A DNA stretch of 64,000 nucleotides from Octopus vulgaris (taxonomy: Eukaryota), in NCBI GenBank assembly GCA_951406725.2, contig OX597823.1, positions 24,738,001 to 24,802,000 of the forward strand, read 5' to 3'. Each line of letters opens with the position of its first letter. Positions within the stretch are counted from its first letter, which is position 1. This document shows, in pieces, positions 52,301 to 59,079 of this stretch. A program made the position numbers and the translations under genes. The notes under the pieces were generated by a model. It saw nothing but the letters and a program-made list of their open reading frames with translations. It was not told the DNA's origin and made no database searches.

Positions 52301-55300
52301 GTATGTGGGAGTATAAAAAGTATTTCTTGTTTACTTTCTTATTTTTCTAGCCAAAGATGATGTTTTGGTACTTAAAAGCACTTCCATACCAGGGCATGAT
52401 AGTTTTGAGCGGCTGAAAGATGTGAGCTTAAAGGAGTGTGATCATGCTTGTCATCAAAATCCAGGATGTAACTCTTATGAGTATAATGAAAAACTTAAGT
52501 TGTGTGATCAAAGTAATGTGACTCACTTGACTCAAGACCTTCTACCCAACACATGGGAATGGAATACTTACATCATTAACCCAGGTCAGTAGAGTGTTTT
52601 TATTCTTTTGCTTTGTATGCTTACATATCTATATGTTTGTATGTATTTACATATACCTAAATGTGTGTTTATAATATATATAAACTGCACTGTGGATACC
52701 ATAACCTCAGCCCCTGTGTGAACTTGGATCCTCATAGCTTATCAGCTGGAGCACTCAGACTGCATATAGATTAATTTAGGTTACTAGTGACCTAAAATCT
52801 TCATATTCTGCATATACATATTCCACATGCTGGTAGCTGCCTGTGCTGGTGGCTGCCCATGCTGGTGCCACATAAAAAGCACCTTTGAGCATTGGGCCTC
52901 ACAGAGGCAATGTGGCTGATGTTGGTGTCATGTAACTAGCACACCAGTGACACATAAAAAGCACCTTCCATATGCTGGGCTTCACAGAGGCAATGACAAA
53001 TTACATACTTAAGAAGATCCATCAAACCAAGTGAAATCGTAGTCATGGCAGATATTGGTGTCATGCAAACTGACACCCACACCAGTGTGCATGTAAAAGC
53101 ACTTGTTACACTCTCAGAGTGGTTGGCTTTAGGAAGGGCATCCATCCACAGAAACCATATCAAATCAAACTAGAGTCTGGTGCAACCTTCAGCCTACAAG
53201 CTCCAGTCAAACTGTCAGCCCATGCTAGCATGAACAACAGATGTTAAACAATGATGATATTGATGATATGTGTGGATAGTATTTAAGGACACATGCATTT
53301 TTAGTCATTATTTTATTTGACTAATTTTTATTGAACTTCTATTTCAGAAAAAAACAATGACAGGCCATATGTTTACTAATGAACTGAAAATGCATGCTGT
53401 GATTGTGGCTCTGAAGGCTAAGCATGGTGATTTAGAAATTTCTCATTTTCTGAAAGTTGCAACATCTTTTGTCCACAAGATTCAGTGTGAGTTAGAGAAA
53501 GAAGATGGAAGCATATTACCTGTATCAAAATGTAAAAAGCATTCCAAACGCTCTGATTCTATCAGGACACCTGAATTTATTCAGAAAGTTAAGCAAAACA
53601 TTGAAGACAATCCAGGAAAATCAATGAAGTCAATTGCAAAAACATTTTGTGTACCAGAAAAAACAATCAGAAATGCTGTGCATGAAGACATCAGATACAA
53701 ATCTTAAATGATGAGGTGAGGTCAATTCATGTCAGAAAAAGCAAAAGAAAACTATTTAATTAAATCCAAAAGACTTTTGAACAAACTTAAAAATTCATCA
53801 GAAGATGGTGTGATTTGGTTTTTCTTAGATGAGAAAAACTTTGACTAGGACCAGAAACTAATAAAAGAAATGACAGATGGATATGTACAGTCCCTTCTGA
53901 GATTCCAAGAGTAATGTACACAAAATTTCCAGCAAGTGCCATGGTTTTAGGTGTTGTTAGCAATGACAGACATGTGATGCCGCCTCACTTTTTACTACAA
54001 GGCCTTAGGGTGAATGCTGCTACATGTATTGAGGTTCTGGATAAAGTTGTTAAGCCTTGGGTCAACAATGTATGCAATGGGATGCCTTATGTCTTTCAAC
54101 AAGATTCTGCACATGGCTCATATGACACAAGAATGGATGGCCAACAATTTTCATGATCACATCACCGCCAACATTTGACCTCCTAATTCTCCAGATCTCA
54201 ATCCACTGGACTACTTTGAATGGAACATCATTGAGAAAAATGTCAATTAACTCCCCCATAGCATCTTATAAAGCTAGATTTATATATCCTAAATTTGCAG
54301 AAGAATTTGTCATTGGGTCAGTTTAGCTTAATGGTAAAGCACTGTAATCACAGAGATGTGAGTTCGAGTCTCATGGGTGGCCACTAACTGATTTTTCTGC
54401 AAAATATGGATAGTTTATCCTGCATTTGAGAATAAAATTATTCCCTTATCTGTATCTTTCAATACATCTCAATGCTTCTAAATTAAACTTTGTTTGTTGA
54501 CTTTCAATGTAAGTTGAATGTAAAGTTGAATTTAGCATACATATATATTATATATAAATATAATATGTGACAAATAGTTGGTTGTCATAATAAAACTCAG
54601 AGTTTTGGATACTGGGGTTGAAGTCTGCTCTGGCATCTCATCAGTTATTAAGCCAAAAACGCTATGTAAAAACTGTTGAATAAAGATAAATTATTCCAAC
54701 AGGCATGGTGAAAGTAATACTTCATTCATAGAATCCACATATGCACACATATACACACTCACACACACATGTACGCGCACACACACACACATGTATGTCT
54801 ATATATCTAAATACATACACACTCATGTGTATATACATACAAACACACATATATACATATATACGTCTACGCATACACATACGTTCACCTACATATATGC
54901 CCATGCACGCATCATTACGCTCATATATACATCCCTACACACACACACATATATATACATACATACATGGATATACAAAATTTAGTTTATATACACATGC
55001 ATATACATATGTGGAATACATATATACAAATAAAAACACATACGCAAAAATGCACACATCATTATGTTCATATACACATCTCTATGCGCACATACACATA
55101 CATACGCAGATATACAAAATGTAGACTATACGCACATACACATATATACATGGATAGACGTATATACAAATAAAAACACATACACAAAAAACATAAACCA
55201 TAAAACATTCACATTTGCTGCGAAACTTGAATATATAAATGAGTTATATATGTATATACACAAATACACCCTCCTGTCTGTCAAATACATCTACATCTGT

Positions 55301-57709
55301 AGATATATAAACATATATACATACATATATGTATGAAGGAAGTACAACAGGTAGAGTCTTGCACTCGTATATATACTGTCATTAATACACATGTATATGT
55401 GCATGCACATATACATTAGGTGTATACTACACACATATAAGTTACACAGTTATAAAGGGTGAAAAATAATATACAGAAAAAATATATGAAGTAATAAAAT
55501 ATATAAATATGTAAGAGATATTAAGACATATGAAAGGCTTGTATGTGGACGTAATATAAAAAGCCGGTTCTATCTGTGATCTTGTTGGGTCCAGAAATGT
55601 AGCAAATATTTTGCCAGATGTGGACACGACCCAAAAAGTTCAGTTCTTGGACTTTTCCAGATAAGCCATCTTTCCATATTGCAAAAACAGAACTTTCCAC
55701 TATGAGGCTCACTGAAAGATCTTGGCCAAGTGTAAGCCTTACACCAACAGTAGTGGAAAGTGTGGTCTTTGCAATATGGAAAGATGGCTTATCTGAAAAC
55801 GTTCTTTAGAACCCGCTGGAATTTTCAGATGTGGAAGAAGTGAAGAAAAGAAACAATAGAAATGTTAAAAGGCATCACTTCACAAAAGTTCCAGCACTGC
55901 TTCAGACAGTGGAAAACACACCTGGTCTGATACATTGCTTCAAATGGAGAATACTTTGAAGGTGATAAAAGTGTAAACATGTAAAGCTAAGTGAATAAAA
56001 TAATATTTGGGTAACCCCTCATATATACATAAATACATACATTGATGCTTACATACATACATATATACATGCATACACAGTGTAAAACTCAACAATCCTC
56101 TGAAACAGATTTCCGATATTCTTGCTATCTTCCAATCTACCACCCTTACTTATAATAATATTAATGATAATTTCTGATTTAGGCACAAAGCAAACATTTT
56201 CTGACAGATGCTTTTTTTTTCAATACCTCAATCCCTACAATTTGACTAGTATATTATGTTATCTATCCCTGCAAGTAAAGTTGACCTCAGCTTGATTTTA
56301 CCTAAAAAGCAAAACATTACAAAATCAGTAAAGTTATATTTAGTTACATCTTTTAACATTGTGGCTTCAAATCCCAACAAAACATACTTCACTTGTCTTC
56401 ACTAAGGAAATAACAAGGGACCAGGAGTTGTGGCAATTTGCTGAGGATGCACCAAGATAAGTCAAGTCGCTGTTATCTATACATATAAGTTTGTCCTTTA
56501 CAGGTGCTGGTGCCACATACAATTCACTCATGCTGGTGCTGCATAAATGTACCTATGCCAGTAGCACAAACATACATTCATATGTATTTATTTGTCACTG
56601 GCATGGATGTACATACATACATTCATACACACACATACATACTTACATGTATTATATCTATGTGCAAATTTCATTAATTTGATTCACTTTGTATCTTTTA
56701 TTGTAACATTGTCATTATTTCTTTATTCTCATCCTGTTCCTAATATTGATGTCAATTTATTTCCTCAATTTCAGTTAACTCAAAAATTAACTGTGGACAA
56801 CCAAAAGACATTGTTGGTGCTGAAAAGGACTACAAATCTACCGACTATAAATCTGAAGTGACCTATACTTGTCCATCAAGTGAGACAATAAAGTCTATAT
56901 GTGAAAAGAACAGCACATGGACTCCAGTACCACCTATTTGTTACGGTAACATAAATAGCTTCTCTCTTATTGTTTTTGTCCATGTAATTTTGTTTTATTT
57001 TTGTGCTAAGTGTCTTTGTCAGAGGAGGACTGACAAACTCTATGACAATTTCCACAGTTATTGTAACTGGTAGAAGCTATCCTTAGAGAGGAATTTATCC
57101 TCAGACCAGAGACCTCACCAAATACTTGTAACAGACTGCATTCCCTTAATTCTTCCCAAGGGCAAGGTAATGCTATTTAATCAAGTGATGGATTAAGTAT
57201 GCTGATCAAGAACTGGTAGTTTGAAAGCTTCCACATTGACCTTTCTCGCCAATACTCTTTGTCATCATTACACTGTGGCTTCAAATCCCAACAAGACATA
57301 TTTTACTGGGCTTCACTAAGGAAATGAAAGGGACTAAGAGTTGTGGTAATTTGCTGTACTTAGGAGGATGTGCTTAGTTAAGTGAAATTGGTGTCATCTA
57401 TACATACAGGCTTGTCTTTTCCAGGTGCTAGTGCTGCATAACATGCACTCATGCTGGTACTGCATAAAAGCACCCATACCAGTGGCACATTAAGAGCACC
57501 CAATACACACACTGTAAAGTGTCTGGCATTAGGAAGGACATCCAGCCTGAGAAATCATGTCATAACAAACAACTGGAGTTTGGATGGCACCCTGGCTGGC
57601 AAGTTCCTGTCAAATCATCCAACCCATGCCAACATGAATGATAGACGTTAAATGATGATGATGATGATGATGATGTGTGTGTGTGTGTATATATATATGT
57701 ATTTATATT

Positions 57710-57765
<56 letters not shown>

Positions 57766-59045
57766 AATATATATATATGTGTGTGTGTGTGTACACATAC
57801 ATATATATACATACATACCAGACTGAGTCAAAATGTTTTCTGTATTTCAAGCTTTAATAGTTTTATCAAGTTACATGCAAGAACTATTTATTCATCAATT
57901 CCATGCTTATATCATTTGACTGATTTAGAGACAGAAAACTCCCTGCATCTACATTATTGAACCTCTAGCCATGCAGAAAAGGAGTCATGGTTCAACAAAG
58001 ATGGTAATCTGATGATGCAAGGTCTGGACTGTAGGCAGAGTGAGGTAGCACTTCCAGCACCTCAAATTTCTCAAGTTTGCATTTAGTCACTTTGGGAGTT
58101 TGTGCTGGGGCATTGTCATGCTGTAGGAGTGCACATCTTCAATTGATCAATGTCAGATAGCAGGCTTTCAAAGCATCATAGACTCACTGCAGTTGTTGAG
58201 CATAAAGGTTAGCATTCACAGCATGACCATCTAGGACAAGTTCAAAGTACAACACCCTCTCAAAATTCCACCAAACACACATGACCTGTTCAAACTGCCT
58301 TTGTTTGACAACAGATTCTGAAGCTTTGCTAGAATAAAGCCACTGATTTTGGAAATAGGATTTTGAAAATACATCTGTCTCTCATACCCAGTTCCAATTC
58401 AATGCTAAAAAAAAGACATCGTGAGGATTTGTCCACTGTTGTTCACAAATGTTTGCATGTCATTGAGCCTAGTCATTGGTTTGTTCATGAGGAACTTCTC
58501 CACAGCATTTGTTTACAAGGCTGAACTAATGATGGTGTTGAATAATGGTGCTTTGTGAAGAACCAGGTTCTACTGACAATGTATGAGTGATTGGGCCTGG
58601 TTGTTGTTCAACCATTTCAAGCAAAGCAGTGTCTTCCAAACAGAATGTCTGCCTGACCTTGGTTTGTCTTCAAGGCTAGTGTCACCTTCCTTGAAATGTC
58701 TGAACCAGTTTTGTGCCACATGTTTACTGACAGTTGCTCGGCCATCCACATAATTTACTTCCTTTGGCACTTACCTTGCACTTAATTATTTTTTCTATAG
58801 GTTGAATAAAATGGCTCTAATTGCAATTTTTTCACCACACATTATCAGAGCTGTAAAATAAAGAATAAGCAGTTAGTGATTATATGTTATGTATGAAAAT
58901 TAACAGTAAAAAATTCAGCAGTGATTGGACAAGTTGTTTCAAATTCCTGATAGAACATGGGGATACAAGTTACCAAATATCATCAGTGAAAATCAAAATG
59001 TTTGACACAATCTGTTATGTGTGTGTGTTTGTGTGTATGCATATG

Positions 59046-59079
<34 letters not shown>

